From a virus (taxonomy: Duplodnaviria > Caudoviricetes): 36,252 bases of DNA. The stretch covers positions 1 through 36,252 of the IMG/VR virus record IMGVR_UViG_3300016656_000168. The stretch is one strand, 5' to 3'. Shown here one piece after another: positions 9,104-19,041 of this stretch (position 1 is the stretch's first letter; each line of letters begins with the position of its first letter). The notes under the pieces are model-generated. The model was not told the origin of the DNA and searched no databases. It saw nothing but the letters and a program-made list of their open reading frames with translations. Position numbers and translations under genes: made by a program.

Positions 9104-9702
9104 GCCAGACGGTCTTCCGGGACGGGGACGTGACGGTCACGCTCACCTCGGACCTCGAGGCGATGGTGCGCCGGCTGGCGGACCAGGCGGCGGGGGGGAT
9201 CGTCTCCGTCCTCGAGGCGCACGCCGACGAGGTGGTGGCGAAGGCCCGGGCCGACTGGTACGGCCCGGGCGGGGTGGAGCGCGAGACGGGGCGGTCCGGG
9301 GACATCGTCCGTCGCACCACCATCTCCGAGCGAGAGGTCCGGGTCGGCGTGGTGAGCACCGACACCCGCGCCGCCGGGAAGAGCGGCAAGCTCGTGCCCC
9401 TGTACGTGCACCGCCCCGGCCGGCTGTCCACCGAGGTCCGCGAGATCACCCAGGCCGAGTACTACGAGGCCAAGCGGACCGGCACGGGCGCGGCGCTCGT
9501 CTTCCACGCGAAGCGCTCCTCCGCCGGCAAGGGGGTGGAGGCGGGCAAGTACTACCGGGTGGTGGCGAGCGAGCGGGCCAGCGACGGCCGGTACCTCGTG
9601 CCGCTGCTCCTCACCGGCCCCGTGAAGGCGAAGGTGAAGGTGCTCCTCCCCGAGCTCCACGCCCGCATCGTGGCGCGGATGAACGGAGGCGCCGGTGGCT
9701 GA
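9100..9702 (+). CDS. HK97 gp10-like neck or tail completion protein
   Basis: Pattern ADEVVAKARADW...VERETGRS...VRVGV with a C-terminal helix resembles the HK97 gp10 family. Confidence 0.55.
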   Translation: MSQTVFRDGDVTVTLTSDLEAMVRRLADQAAGGIVSVLEAHADEVVAKARADWYGPGGVERETGRSGDIVRRTTISEREVRVGVVSTDTRAAGKSGKLVPLYVHRPGRLSTEVREITQAEYYEAKRTGTGAALVFHAKRSSAGKGVEAGKYYRVVASERASDGRYLVPLLLTGPVKAKVKVLLPELHARIVARMNGGAGG

Positions 9703-11626
9703 ACAGGTCGGGATCGACATCGCCGCGCGCCTGGACAACTTCCGCGCCGAGCTGGCGAAGATCCCCGAGATCGGGGGCAAGGAGGCGAAGGCTCTTGCCG
9801 GCCAGCTCTCGCGCGAGATCCGCCAGGCCGAGCAGGCCGCGCGCCGGGCGGGCGGAGCCGCGAAGGACGCCGCCGGCGGGTACCGGGTGCTGGGCGACGC
9901 GGCGGGCAAGGCCGGCCAGTCGGGCGCGAAGCTCGCCGGCATCCTCGACGCGACGCTGGGGCCCGCGGCGGCCAACGCCTCCCGGTTCGTGAACGACCTG
10001 TTCGACGCCGTCGAGGTCGGGGCGCTCGCGGGCGAGTCCGCCGGCATCTCGCTGGCGACGCTGGGCACGGCGGCGGCGACGCTCACCGCGGCGGTGGGCG
10101 CCGGGTACCTCGCGTGGCGGAGCTACAACGAGGAGTCCGAGCGGGCGACGCTCATCGCTGGCGAGGTAGAGGCGGCGCAGAAGGCGATCGAGCCGCTCCT
10201 CCGCGACACCGCGGACGCGACGCTGGACCTGGCGGTGGCGACCGGGCTCATCACCGAAGCCCAGGCCGACCTCGAGCGCAACGCGGACCGCGCGTACCGC
10301 ACCTGGTCGGACGCTACCACCGAGACCCGGGACCGGCTGAACGAGGTGCGCGAGGCCTCCGCCGCCGTCTCCACCCAGCTCGTGGACAACAGCGAGGACT
10401 TCCGCGGGACGGGCCTCGCGGGCTGGTTCCTCTCCCAGGCGATCGACGGTCTCACGACCTCCTCGTCCGAGTACGCGGCCGAGGCCACCGCCCTGCAGGG
10501 CGCCCTGGACGACACAGTGAAGGTCCTCCGCGAGAACGTGGAGGTGACCGGGGAGGTCATCACCCTCGAGGACGAGGCGAAGCGGAAGAAGGAGGCCCTC
10601 ACCGCGGCGCTCAAGCGGCAGGCGGAGGCGGAGCGGATGGTCCGCGAGGCCCAGGCGGACGCGGACCGGCAGCGCGCCGCGTACAGCGCCGGGCTGGCCG
10701 AGGACGAGCGGCTCATCCTCGGCAACGTTGCCGCGCTCGACCAGCTCCACGAGAAGATCGTGGCGCTCGACGACACCCAGGAGGAGGCCGCCCGGCGCGA
10801 GGCGGCGCGCCTGCAGGCCGAGCTGGAGATGCGGGTGGCCAACGCCGAGGCGGCGGGCATGTCCACCCAGAAGTACGCCGAGGACGAGGCGGCGATCGCC
10901 ACCTGGCTCTCGGGCGAGCTCGCGAAGATCCGGGAGAAGGAGACCGCCGAGAAGGCCAAGGCGCGCGAGCTGGAGCTCAAGGCGAACGCGGAGACCTGGA
11001 CCCGGAGCGCCGAGCTGGCCAGCCAGGCCGCGGGCGCGGTGGGCGACGCCTTCGGCGCCATGCTGGACCGGCGGCTCACCATCCTGAACCGGCTCGAGAC
11101 CTACGCCCAGGAGTCCGAGGCCTTCCTCACCGAGGGGCAGAAGGCGGAGCTCGAGAAGCGCATCAAGCTCCAGCGGGACGCGGCGCTGCGGACCTTCGCC
11201 ATCCAGAAGGGCGCGGCGCTCGCCGAGGCGGCGGTCAACACCGCCTCCGCCGTCGTCGAGGCCCTCCCCAACATCCCCCTCTCGCTGGTCGTCGGGGGCC
11301 TCGGCGCCGCCCAACTGATCGCCATCGGCGCCGAGACGCCCTCCTTCCACGGCGGCGCCGGCCCCGACGAGGTGAACGCCACCCTCCTCCGCAACGAGGC
11401 GGTGCTCAACAGCCGGGCCACCGCCCAGCTCGGGGAGGAGGCGATCCGCGACATGAACGCCGGGGCACCCGCCGCCGCCGCGGGCGGGGACGTGTACCTC
11501 ATCAACCGGTACCGCCACCGGGACCTCGACGTGGTGATGGCCGACGCCTACGCGGCCGGCGGACGCTTCTCCACGCGGCTCCGGAACGACACCCAGTCCT
11601 GGCCCACCGGGTGGAGGCGCGGGTAG
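9695..11626 (+). CDS. Tape measure protein
   Basis: 643 aa, Ala-rich and helical, downstream of the chaperone, with the typical TMP C-terminal motif FHGG..PDEVNATLLRNEAVLN. Confidence 0.88.
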   Translation: MAEQVGIDIAARLDNFRAELAKIPEIGGKEAKALAGQLSREIRQAEQAARRAGGAAKDAAGGYRVLGDAAGKAGQSGAKLAGILDATLGPAAANASRFVNDLFDAVEVGALAGESAGISLATLGTAAATLTAAVGAGYLAWRSYNEESERATLIAGEVEAAQKAIEPLLRDTADATLDLAVATGLITEAQADLERNADRAYRTWSDATTETRDRLNEVREASAAVSTQLVDNSEDFRGTGLAGWFLSQAIDGLTTSSSEYAAEATALQGALDDTVKVLRENVEVTGEVITLEDEAKRKKEALTAALKRQAEAERMVREAQADADRQRAAYSAGLAEDERLILGNVAALDQLHEKIVALDDTQEEAARREAARLQAELEMRVANAEAAGMSTQKYAEDEAAIATWLSGELAKIREKETAEKAKARELELKANAETWTRSAELASQAAGAVGDAFGAMLDRRLTILNRLETYAQESEAFLTEGQKAELEKRIKLQRDAALRTFAIQKGAALAEAAVNTASAVVEALPNIPLSLVVGGLGAAQLIAIGAETPSFHGGAGPDEVNATLLRNEAVLNSRATAQLGEEAIRDMNAGAPAAAAGGDVYLINRYRHRDLDVVMADAYAAGGRFSTRLRNDTQSWPTGWRRG

Positions 11627-14600
11627 ATGTCGCTCCTCCAGCCCACCGCCGACCTCACCGTCCTCCTCGTGCCCCACACGGGGACTCTGGGGGTACCGCT
11701 CACCGGAACGACCGAGGCGGGGCCCCGCGCCGGCGCCCCCGTCCCGGCCACGCCCTCGGCGATGGTCCTCGAGGCCACCGGCGAGCTCGACACCACGCTC
11801 GACGACATCGAGATCGCGACGAGCCGCGCGGGCGGCATCGGCACGGCCACCTTCCGCTGGCGCTACGCCGGCGAGGGCCTCCGCTCCTGGGACCCGCCCA
11901 TCCTGATCACCGAGTGGGAGCACATCGACCGCTCCACCACCGCCGACTACTGGACCCGCTTCGACGGGGTGCGGCGCGCCTCGGGCCGGGTGGTCGCGGC
12001 CGCGGTCCGCGAGCTCGACACCGTGTACGCTGGGGTCCAGGAGGCCGACGGGGACTGGACGCTGGTGGAGGTGGAGCAGACGGGCGACGAGACGGTGGCC
12101 TCCATCTTCGAGGACCCGGACGGCCGGCTGATCGTCCTCTACACCTTCTCGGTCGCCACCTCGGCGTGCCAGCTGCGGATGCAGTACTCGGACGACGGCG
12201 GGGCCACCTGGACGCTCGGGTCGCGGGCCTGCCTCTCCCAGCCCCTCGGGGTCGCCGCGGCCGACATCCTCCGCATCCGTGCGCGGTGGTTCAAGGGCCG
12301 GGTGGCGGTGGTGCTCTGGCACCAGGACGGTGGCGCCGACCACCTCCTCCAGTACGTGAGCGCCGACGGGGGGGCCACGCTCACCGCGGTTGAGACGGTG
12401 GCCACCTCCGACGTCGCCGCGCCGGACCTGCAGGTCCGCGGGGACACCCTGTACCTGGCCACCATCGAGCGGGACGCCACGCTCTCGGCGTCCATCTACG
12501 TCCCCAAGCTCCGCAAGAGCAGCTCGCCCTCCACCCCGTGGACGGCCACCGAGTCGGTCACCGCCACCTCGCTGGCCGACGTCACCGAGTGGGGCGCGTA
12601 CTCGGGCGGCGCCTTCACCGCGGCGGAGTGCGCGCTGCTCGTCGACGACGACGGGGCGATCTGGATCTACGGGCGCGACTTCGACGGCTCGGGGACCAAC
12701 GAGACGGTGGTGGTCACCTCGTGGGAGGGCGGCGGGGCCTCGACCTGGTACACCCCCTACAAGGGCGGTCACCACCCCGACGGCGTCACCATCCACGCCT
12801 CGGGCGACGCGAGCACCTACCTCAAGGACCTCGCGGTGGTCCCCGAGCGCGGCCGCGCCATCCTGCTCCACCGCTACGGGGCCAACCCGGGGACCGGGGA
12901 CGACTCGCTCTGTGCCGCGTACCTGGGCGGCTGGTCGACCTTCGCCATGCCCGAGGACGCCTCGCTCAACCGGCGCGGCAACGTGTCCGGCTGGGAGGAG
13001 ATCTGGCTCGGCTTCGAGAAGCCGGGGGACATCACGGGGCACACCGAGGTGACCTCCGGGTCCCCGACGATCTCCCGGGTGGACGGCGGCGTGAAGGCCG
13101 TCGTCGCCGGCGGCGAGAGCTGGGTGTTCTACCAGCGGCCGACCCTGGGCGCCGACGCGGCGAACGGCATCCTCGCCCTCTTCCAGGTGATGGTGGAGGA
13201 CGGGGACGCCGTCCACGACGTGACGATCTCCGACGGCACCGACTGCTACGCGGTCCGGGTCACCGTCTCCCCCACCACCATCACCGTCCGGGACCTCGGC
13301 GCCGGCGTCGACCTGGGCACCCCCCTGTCCACCACCGACGGGGCGGACGGCGTCCAGATCCTCGTGGCGCTGTCGAAGCCCACGGGCGCCTGGTCGGCCG
13401 ACGTCGGGCACCTGGTCACGAAGTACCGCAAGAGCGGCCCCTGGGGCGGCGCGCTCAACCCCGGCCCGAACGCGGACCGCGTCTGGACGGACCTCGAGGA
13501 CTCCACCACCATCGCCTCCACGGCGGGCACCTACTCCGAGGTGAAGTCCGGCTTCGCGGCGGCGGGCACGGCGACGTGGCGGATGCGGGCCTTCGACTAC
13601 GGCGAGTGGATCGCCGGGGACGACCCCGCCGGCGACCCGGACCGCGGCCGCGCCTACTGCCCGGCGAGCTCGCCCGCCCACGTCGTCGAGGGCCTCCGCA
13701 TCCACGCCGTCGACGGCCCCACCTACCAGGGCGACACCTGGGACCACGCGTGCGAGCACGCGCACCCGGCCAGCGCGGTGGACGTCTCCGTGGCCCCGAG
13801 CCCGGCCCGGCGGTGGCGGTCCACCACCCGGGGCACGAACCAGGACCTGATCTGGGAGGTCGACCTCGGCTTCGACGCCGGCGACCTGGTGGGCGTGTTC
13901 GTGTCCGGCGCGAACTTCCGCAACGCCTCGGTCTACCGCGACAGCTCGGCCACCAACAAGATCGTGGACATCGACCTGGCGCTGTCGGGCGGCCTGGTCT
14001 TCACCCGCACCCGCGACCTCGTCATCCCCGGCCCGGGCGGCACCGAGGTGCCCTTCTACCTCCACGAGGGCCTCCTGGCGGGGGGCACCTTCTACAACGG
14101 CACCCTCTCCCGCCGCATCAAGGCCAACCGGGCGGGGAGCTGGCTCTCCGAGGGCTACACCGCCTACCCGTCCACCCGGGTGGTGCTCGAGAGCTACGAC
14201 GCCGGCGACGCTTCGAGCGGCAGCTCCGGCGAGCTCTGGAGCCCCACGGGCCTGTTCATCGCCCCGACCCTCCAGAGCACGAACCGGATCATGCTCCGCA
14301 TCCCGCCCCAGGACGTGGCGGAGGACTACTTCGAGCTGGGCTCCGTCATCATCGGGAACGTCCACCTCCTCACCCCCCAGTGGGGGAACGGGCGGGCGGT
14401 GGAGTGGGTGCCCCGCGTCCGGGTGTCCGAGACCCCCCGCGGCGGGCTCCGCGTCCAGCGCCTGGCGCCCCAGGGCCGCCGGGTCGAGGTGGGCTGGCCC
14501 CAGGGCCTGGACACCACCGGCCTGCACACCCAGGGCGAGGCGCCGGAGTGGATGACGGCCGGCTACACCGGGGCGCGCCCCTGGGCCTCGCCGCCGGCGC

Positions 14601-14854
14601 TCCTCTCCACGCTGGCCGGCATCCTGCAGACCACCGAAGGGCCGCGGCTCCCGGTGGTGCTGGCCCCCGGCGTCCGGCAGCAGGTCGGCGCCCCGACGGC
14701 GACCTCTCCCATCCGGATCGTCGACCCGTCCCGGCTCCTCTACAGCCGCATCCGCTCCGAGGTCCTCCGCGCGGACCAGGTCACGGGCAACGAGCACCGG
14801 GACCCCGGCGAGGTTTTCCGCATCCCGCCCCTCCGCTTCGAGGAGGTGGTGTAG
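11627..14854 (+). CDS. Large tail or baseplate protein with Asp-box (BNR) repeats
   Basis: 1075 aa, beta-rich, with SDDGGATW and SADGGATL Asp-box motifs; directly after the TMP. Confidence 0.75.
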   Translation: MSLLQPTADLTVLLVPHTGTLGVPLTGTTEAGPRAGAPVPATPSAMVLEATGELDTTLDDIEIATSRAGGIGTATFRWRYAGEGLRSWDPPILITEWEHIDRSTTADYWTRFDGVRRASGRVVAAAVRELDTVYAGVQEADGDWTLVEVEQTGDETVASIFEDPDGRLIVLYTFSVATSACQLRMQYSDDGGATWTLGSRACLSQPLGVAAADILRIRARWFKGRVAVVLWHQDGGADHLLQYVSADGGATLTAVETVATSDVAAPDLQVRGDTLYLATIERDATLSASIYVPKLRKSSSPSTPWTATESVTATSLADVTEWGAYSGGAFTAAECALLVDDDGAIWIYGRDFDGSGTNETVVVTSWEGGGASTWYTPYKGGHHPDGVTIHASGDASTYLKDLAVVPERGRAILLHRYGANPGTGDDSLCAAYLGGWSTFAMPEDASLNRRGNVSGWEEIWLGFEKPGDITGHTEVTSGSPTISRVDGGVKAVVAGGESWVFYQRPTLGADAANGILALFQVMVEDGDAVHDVTISDGTDCYAVRVTVSPTTITVRDLGAGVDLGTPLSTTDGADGVQILVALSKPTGAWSADVGHLVTKYRKSGPWGGALNPGPNADRVWTDLEDSTTIASTAGTYSEVKSGFAAAGTATWRMRAFDYGEWIAGDDPAGDPDRGRAYCPASSPAHVVEGLRIHAVDGPTYQGDTWDHACEHAHPASAVDVSVAPSPARRWRSTTRGTNQDLIWEVDLGFDAGDLVGVFVSGANFRNASVYRDSSATNKIVDIDLALSGGLVFTRTRDLVIPGPGGTEVPFYLHEGLLAGGTFYNGTLSRRIKANRAGSWLSEGYTAYPSTRVVLESYDAGDASSGSSGELWSPTGLFIAPTLQSTNRIMLRIPPQDVAEDYFELGSVIIGNVHLLTPQWGNGRAVEWVPRVRVSETPRGGLRVQRLAPQGRRVEVGWPQGLDTTGLHTQGEAPEWMTAGYTGARPWASPPALLSTLAGILQTTEGPRLPVVLAPGVRQQVGAPTATSPIRIVDPSRLLYSRIRSEVLRADQVTGNEHRDPGEVFRIPPLRFEEVV

Positions 14855-16671
14855 TGGCCCGCGACGTCCTCACCGCCGCCGACCAGCCCGTGCGCTGGCT
14901 GCTCGAGGTCCGCTGGGGCGGCGGGCTCATCCGCGTCTCGGACGCCGAGGTGGACGTGACCCGCGAGAACGGCGAGGTCCTCCACTTCGCCGACGCCTTC
15001 GCCGAGCTCCCCGAGACCGAGGAGGCGGTGGAGTTCATGGCCGGCAACGCGGGCCAGCTCTCCGTGCCCATCCGGGCGTTCTTCGACGTCGAGGGGACCA
15101 CGGTGGCCCAGCTCGTGGCCGAGGGCCACGCGCTCGCGGGCGCGCGCGCCGAGCTGGCCCGCTGGGTCGAGGGGACCACCTGGGAGGAGCGGCGCCCGGT
15201 CGTCGTCGGGACCATCTCCGACCCCGAGTGGGGGGACGAGGCCGACCCTGTCGGGTTCTCCATCGAGACCCGCCTCACCGAGGAGGCCGGCCTCACGCAC
15301 GCGCCGAGCTGGCGGGTGGACGGCTACACGTGGGCGCACGCCGACTCGCTCCTCGTCGAGCACCTCGGCGTCCCGTACCCGATCGTCTTCGGCCGGCCCG
15401 GGCGCCTCACCGGCGGTGCGGGCCGCCTGCCCACCCTGCCCAGCTTCGCCAGCGTCGACCTCAACGCCTGGATCCCCGGCTCCGTCGCCGTGTGGGTCGA
15501 CCGGCGCGACACCGACCCGGGGGGCTCGCATCCCGTCACCGAGTGCCGGTGCGTCGTCTCCTACGGCCACGTCACGGCGACCCGGGTGTACCTGTGCACC
15601 GAGGACTACCCCGAGGGGTACCGCTTCGAGGTGCGGACGGGGTTCGATGAGCTGGGCCAGCCCGTCTCGTTCATCCCGTGGTTCACCGTCGCCGGCCCGG
15701 CCGGCGCACCGGAAGACGACTACGACGGCGCGTACACCTACAGCTACGCCGGCACCGACACCGACCTCGTCGACTACTACGCGTTGGGGAACCCGTCGCT
15801 GGACGGCTCCTTCAACCAGAACGGGGACACGGTCCAGAACCGCCTCTACGTGGGGTGGCTGGACCCGGAGACCGATGGCGGGGGCATCACCGTGGACGGG
15901 GAGGAGGTCCGCACCGCGGACCAGGTCCTGGAGCTGGTGCTCGGCTTCACCGGCCTCGAGCTGGACCGGGGCCGCATCGCGGCCACCCGCCCGGCGCTGG
16001 CCTCCTTCGAGCTCGCCGGCGTCATCGAGCGGCGCGTGCGCCCCTGGGACTGGGTGCGGAACAACCTGCTCCCCCTGGTGCCGGTCTCGGTGGACACCGG
16101 GCCCCAGGGCCTCTTCTGGCACGTGTGGCGGGGCGACCTCACCGCCACGGACGCCGTCCTCGTCATCGACGCCGACTCCGACCCCGACGTGGAGCGGTCG
16201 TCTTCCATGGTCGAGGACAGCAGCCAGGTCGTGAACCGGATCACCCTCCAGTACGCGATCTCCCGGATGAAGGGCACCCACGTGGGGAGCGTGACCCTCG
16301 GCGCCGACGAGGACCTCGTGGAGGACTCGGACATCATCCGGTCGCACCCGGCGTGCACCACGTCCCGCGCCCGGTTCGGGGTACGGGAGCTCACCCTCGA
16401 GACCGCCATCGTCTACTCGGACGAGACCGCCTGGCGGGTGCTCGAGGCACTCGCCGAGCTCCGCGCGGTGCCCTGGCCGGTGGTCTCGTACGACGTCCCC
16501 GAGGCCCGCTACATCCGGGCCCGCCGGTGCCTCCCCGTCGCCGTCCAGGACAGCGCCATGGCGCTCTCCGCCCGGCCGGGCGTCCTCCTCGGCATCCGCA
16601 CCCGCGGGGACGGCCTCCTCACCCTCACCGTCGCCCTGCGCCCCGCGCTGCGGAAGGCGGTGCGGTCGTGA
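14854..16671 (+). CDS. Tail tip or baseplate hub protein
   Basis: About 605 aa, GTG overlapping the upstream TAG. Motifs GVPYPIVFG, VVNRITLQY and SRARFGVRELTLE are typical of tail tip proteins. Confidence 0.72.
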   Translation: MARDVLTAADQPVRWLLEVRWGGGLIRVSDAEVDVTRENGEVLHFADAFAELPETEEAVEFMAGNAGQLSVPIRAFFDVEGTTVAQLVAEGHALAGARAELARWVEGTTWEERRPVVVGTISDPEWGDEADPVGFSIETRLTEEAGLTHAPSWRVDGYTWAHADSLLVEHLGVPYPIVFGRPGRLTGGAGRLPTLPSFASVDLNAWIPGSVAVWVDRRDTDPGGSHPVTECRCVVSYGHVTATRVYLCTEDYPEGYRFEVRTGFDELGQPVSFIPWFTVAGPAGAPEDDYDGAYTYSYAGTDTDLVDYYALGNPSLDGSFNQNGDTVQNRLYVGWLDPETDGGGITVDGEEVRTADQVLELVLGFTGLELDRGRIAATRPALASFELAGVIERRVRPWDWVRNNLLPLVPVSVDTGPQGLFWHVWRGDLTATDAVLVIDADSDPDVERSSSMVEDSSQVVNRITLQYAISRMKGTHVGSVTLGADEDLVEDSDIIRSHPACTTSRARFGVRELTLETAIVYSDETAWRVLEALAELRAVPWPVVSYDVPEARYIRARRCLPVAVQDSAMALSARPGVLLGIRTRGDGLLTLTVALRPALRKAVRS

Positions 16672-16673
16672 AG

Positions 16674-17039
16674 CTACGGGTGACTCGCCTCCCAGGCCTC
16701 GCCGCAGGCGGCGTAGGCGTCCCGGTCGCAGCCGTGTTGCAGCGCGCGAAGCTGGCACTGCTCCAGGGACTCGTACTCCGAGGGGTTCTCTTCCCACTGG
16801 TGCAGTTGCTCGCACCCCTCCGCGTCGAACTTGGCCGACTTCGGATCGCACAGATCGGGGTCCACCTCGGCGCATTGCTCGTCCACGTCCTGGTGGCACG
16901 CCCAGTCCGGGGAGCCGTCGCCGCTGTTGCCTGTCAGCATCGGGTCCTCGCACTCGCAGGCCACCTCCCATCTCGCCTGGCAGAGTTGCCACTGCGTTGG
17001 GTCGGCGGGCAGGAAGCAGGCCGCGAGGACGAGAAGCAT
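16674..17039 (-). CDS. Cys-rich lipoprotein (moron, antisense to the late operon)
   Basis: MLLVLAAC lipobox followed by 10 further Cys; purine-rich RBS on the minus strand; more A/T-ending codons than neighbours. Confidence 0.72.
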   Translation of the reverse strand: MLLVLAACFLPADPTQWQLCQARWEVACECEDPMLTGNSGDGSPDWACHQDVDEQCAEVDPDLCDPKSAKFDAEGCEQLHQWEENPSEYESLEQCQLRALQHGCDRDAYAACGEAWEASHP

Positions 17040-17077
17040 CGGTTGTTCCCTCTCCCCCCACGTAACCACGGTGGACC

Positions 17078-17437
17078 ATGGCCGCGCACGATCTGACCCT
17101 CCCCACGATCCCCAGCCTCCCCTTTGTCGACGGGGGCACCTGCAGCTCGTCGGCCGGCAACGTCCGACGGGTCAACGTGACCCGGGACCGGGCGCTCGAG
17201 TACATCGTGACCGCGCACGCAGACGCGATCAAGGTCGCCATCCCGAGCAACACCTCCCCGCCGGCGGATGAGGCCTCGGGGGCGGCCCTGAAGTTCGTCA
17301 CGGTGCCGGCCTACGGGGACTACTCGTTCGTCATCGGGCCGAACAAGTCGGGGAAGGAGGCGCCCGCCCAGTTCTACGTCTTCAGCGCCACCGTCTCGGC
17401 GGCCTACTCGGTCGGCGTGTCCGAGGTGCGGCCGTGA
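17078..17437 (+). CDS. Hypothetical virion protein
   Basis: 119-aa beta-rich ORF in the tail region. Confidence 0.65.
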   Translation: MAAHDLTLPTIPSLPFVDGGTCSSSAGNVRRVNVTRDRALEYIVTAHADAIKVAIPSNTSPPADEASGAALKFVTVPAYGDYSFVIGPNKSGKEAPAQFYVFSATVSAAYSVGVSEVRP

Positions 17438-17562
17438 TCCGGTCGATGCGCCTCCGCTCCCCGGGCTCCACGAGCTCGTCGGGGCCCATCGTGCTGGGGA
17501 TGAACTTCATCCACTTCGGCTTCGCCTCGCTCACCGCCACCCTCACCGTCGGGATCCTCTGA
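17434..17562 (+). CDS. Small hypothetical protein (42 aa)
   Basis: GTGA-coupled ORF MIRSMRLRSPG...LTVGIL that fills the gap before 17565; not in the ORF track. Confidence 0.5.
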   Translation: MIRSMRLRSPGSTSSSGPIVLGMNFIHFGFASLTATLTVGIL

Positions 17563-17564
17563 CC

Positions 17565-18527
17565 ATGCCCACCCGCTACTGGACCGGCTACCAGGCCATC
17601 GCCTCCGCGGACGCCGCGGGGATCATGGCCGCGCTCGCCGCGGCGTTCGCGGTCACCACCGACCCGCTGTCCTCGGAGACCATCTCGGCGCTCACCTGGA
17701 CGCGGGACACCACCGCCGGGTCGGAGAGCATCTACTCCTCCGCCTTCGGCCCGCGGAACTGGCGCATCATCATCGCGGTGCACAACGCCAGCACCCCGTC
17801 GCCGTCCCCCACGATGGTGGGCACGGCCGACACCTACACCGCCGCGAACATCCTGATCGGCCTCTGCATCAACGCCAGCGGGGCCTACGCGGGCTGGAAC
17901 CAGGCCGCGCCCTTCTCCGGGTGCTCCTTCGCCGGGTACTACCGGTTCGCCCCGTCCGCCGCCGCGGTGAAGCTCGCGTGCATCGTCTCGGCGAAGGACC
18001 TGGAGATCGAGTACCAGACCTCCACCGCGGTCTACCACACCCACTTCGGCGCCATCCTGACCGCCCCCACCTCGCCGAGCGGGTATGCCGAGAGCGACGG
18101 TTACCGGTACGGCGGGATGGTGTCGGGGGCCTCGGGGGACATGGGCTCGACCTGGCGCACGAACACGGCGCCGAACGGCACCTCGCTGGGGTGGAACTAC
18201 ACCACCAACGGGATCAACCACGCCGGCATCTACGCCGTGGGCGGGACGACGTGGCAGCCGATCTCGCCGATGCACGCCATGGCCCAGACGCCCGACGCGG
18301 ACCAGTGCCTGATGGACGGCACCTACCACGGTGCCGCTGGCATCGCGTTCACCCGCTACGCCGCCCCCCGCTACGCGCTCGGAACCTGGTCCGGGGTGGT
18401 GGAGAGCCCCACCGGCCGGACCGGACAGGCCGTGGTGAGCCCCCCGTCCACCCACGTCGGGGTCCGCATCTCCAGCGGCGGTGACGCCGCCACGGAGCAG
18501 GCCGTCGTCTTCCGGAGGACCTACTGA
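17565..18527 (+). CDS. Putative tail fibre or receptor-binding-associated protein
   Basis: 320 aa rich in Thr/Ser/Gly/Tyr, at the end of the tail module. Confidence 0.6.
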   Translation: MPTRYWTGYQAIASADAAGIMAALAAAFAVTTDPLSSETISALTWTRDTTAGSESIYSSAFGPRNWRIIIAVHNASTPSPSPTMVGTADTYTAANILIGLCINASGAYAGWNQAAPFSGCSFAGYYRFAPSAAAVKLACIVSAKDLEIEYQTSTAVYHTHFGAILTAPTSPSGYAESDGYRYGGMVSGASGDMGSTWRTNTAPNGTSLGWNYTTNGINHAGIYAVGGTTWQPISPMHAMAQTPDADQCLMDGTYHGAAGIAFTRYAAPRYALGTWSGVVESPTGRTGQAVVSPPSTHVGVRISSGGDAATEQAVVFRRTY

Positions 18528-18733
18528 TGTTCGCCTCGTCCATCCTCGCCTGCGCCGAGGCCTTCGGCGACGTGACCGAGATCCAGGCCCCCACCGGCCA
18601 GGCCACCGCCGTCGCCGGCGAGCTCGAGGCGGCCGAGCGCGCCGACCTCGCCGCGCTGGTGGTGGAGGGGGCCGAGGCCCACCGCATGATCGTCGTCGCC
18701 GGCGGCGTCCCCTGGCCGTTCGGAGGGTACTGA
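18527..18733 (+). CDS. Hypothetical protein
   Basis: 68 aa, TGATG-coupled on both sides. Confidence 0.65.
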   Translation: MFASSILACAEAFGDVTEIQAPTGQATAVAGELEAAERADLAALVVEGAEAHRMIVVAGGVPWPFGGY

Positions 18734-19041
18734 TGCCCGAGAAGACCCCGAGCTGGCTGCAGCGGAGCATCACGGTCTCCATCCCGGCCGCGGCCCTCAT
18801 CGGCCTCGTCACCGTCCTCCTCGGCGGCGGCGCCTCGGCCGCCGGGGGCATCGTCACCCGGGACGGGGACCTGGACACCCTGCGCGAGGACGTGGCCGCC
18901 ATCGTGGCCGACGTCCGCGCCGAGCAGGACCGCCGCCTCACCGACCACGCCGCGGTGGAGGGGAAGGCGATCGAGGCCCTGGAGAAGCGCCTCGACCGCA
19001 TCGAGGCGAAGCTGGACCGCCTCCTCGAGGACCGGCGATGA
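18733..19041 (+). CDS. Membrane-anchored coiled-coil protein (lysis cassette)
   Basis: N-terminal TM (IPAAALIGLVTVLLGG) and C-terminal LEKRLDRIEAKLDRLLE; GGAG RBS. Confidence 0.68.
   Translation: MPEKTPSWLQRSITVSIPAAALIGLVTVLLGGGASAAGGIVTRDGDLDTLREDVAAIVADVRAEQDRRLTDHAAVEGKAIEALEKRLDRIEAKLDRLLEDRR

Noticed and set aside
301-14797. Very long minus-strand ORFs (301-3420, 5458-8406, 9611-14797) and similar shadow ORFs elsewhere
   Set aside because: They are antisense shadows of high-GC3 genes, where stops are rare. The products are low-complexity R/G/P/V-rich and the opposite strand carries recognisable phage genes.
18600-18645. ATAVAGELEAAERA resembling TMP ATLIAGEVEAAQKA, as a further TMP mimic
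   Set aside because: Only 14 residues of Ala/Glu-rich sequence, so it cannot be distinguished from chance without a statistical test.
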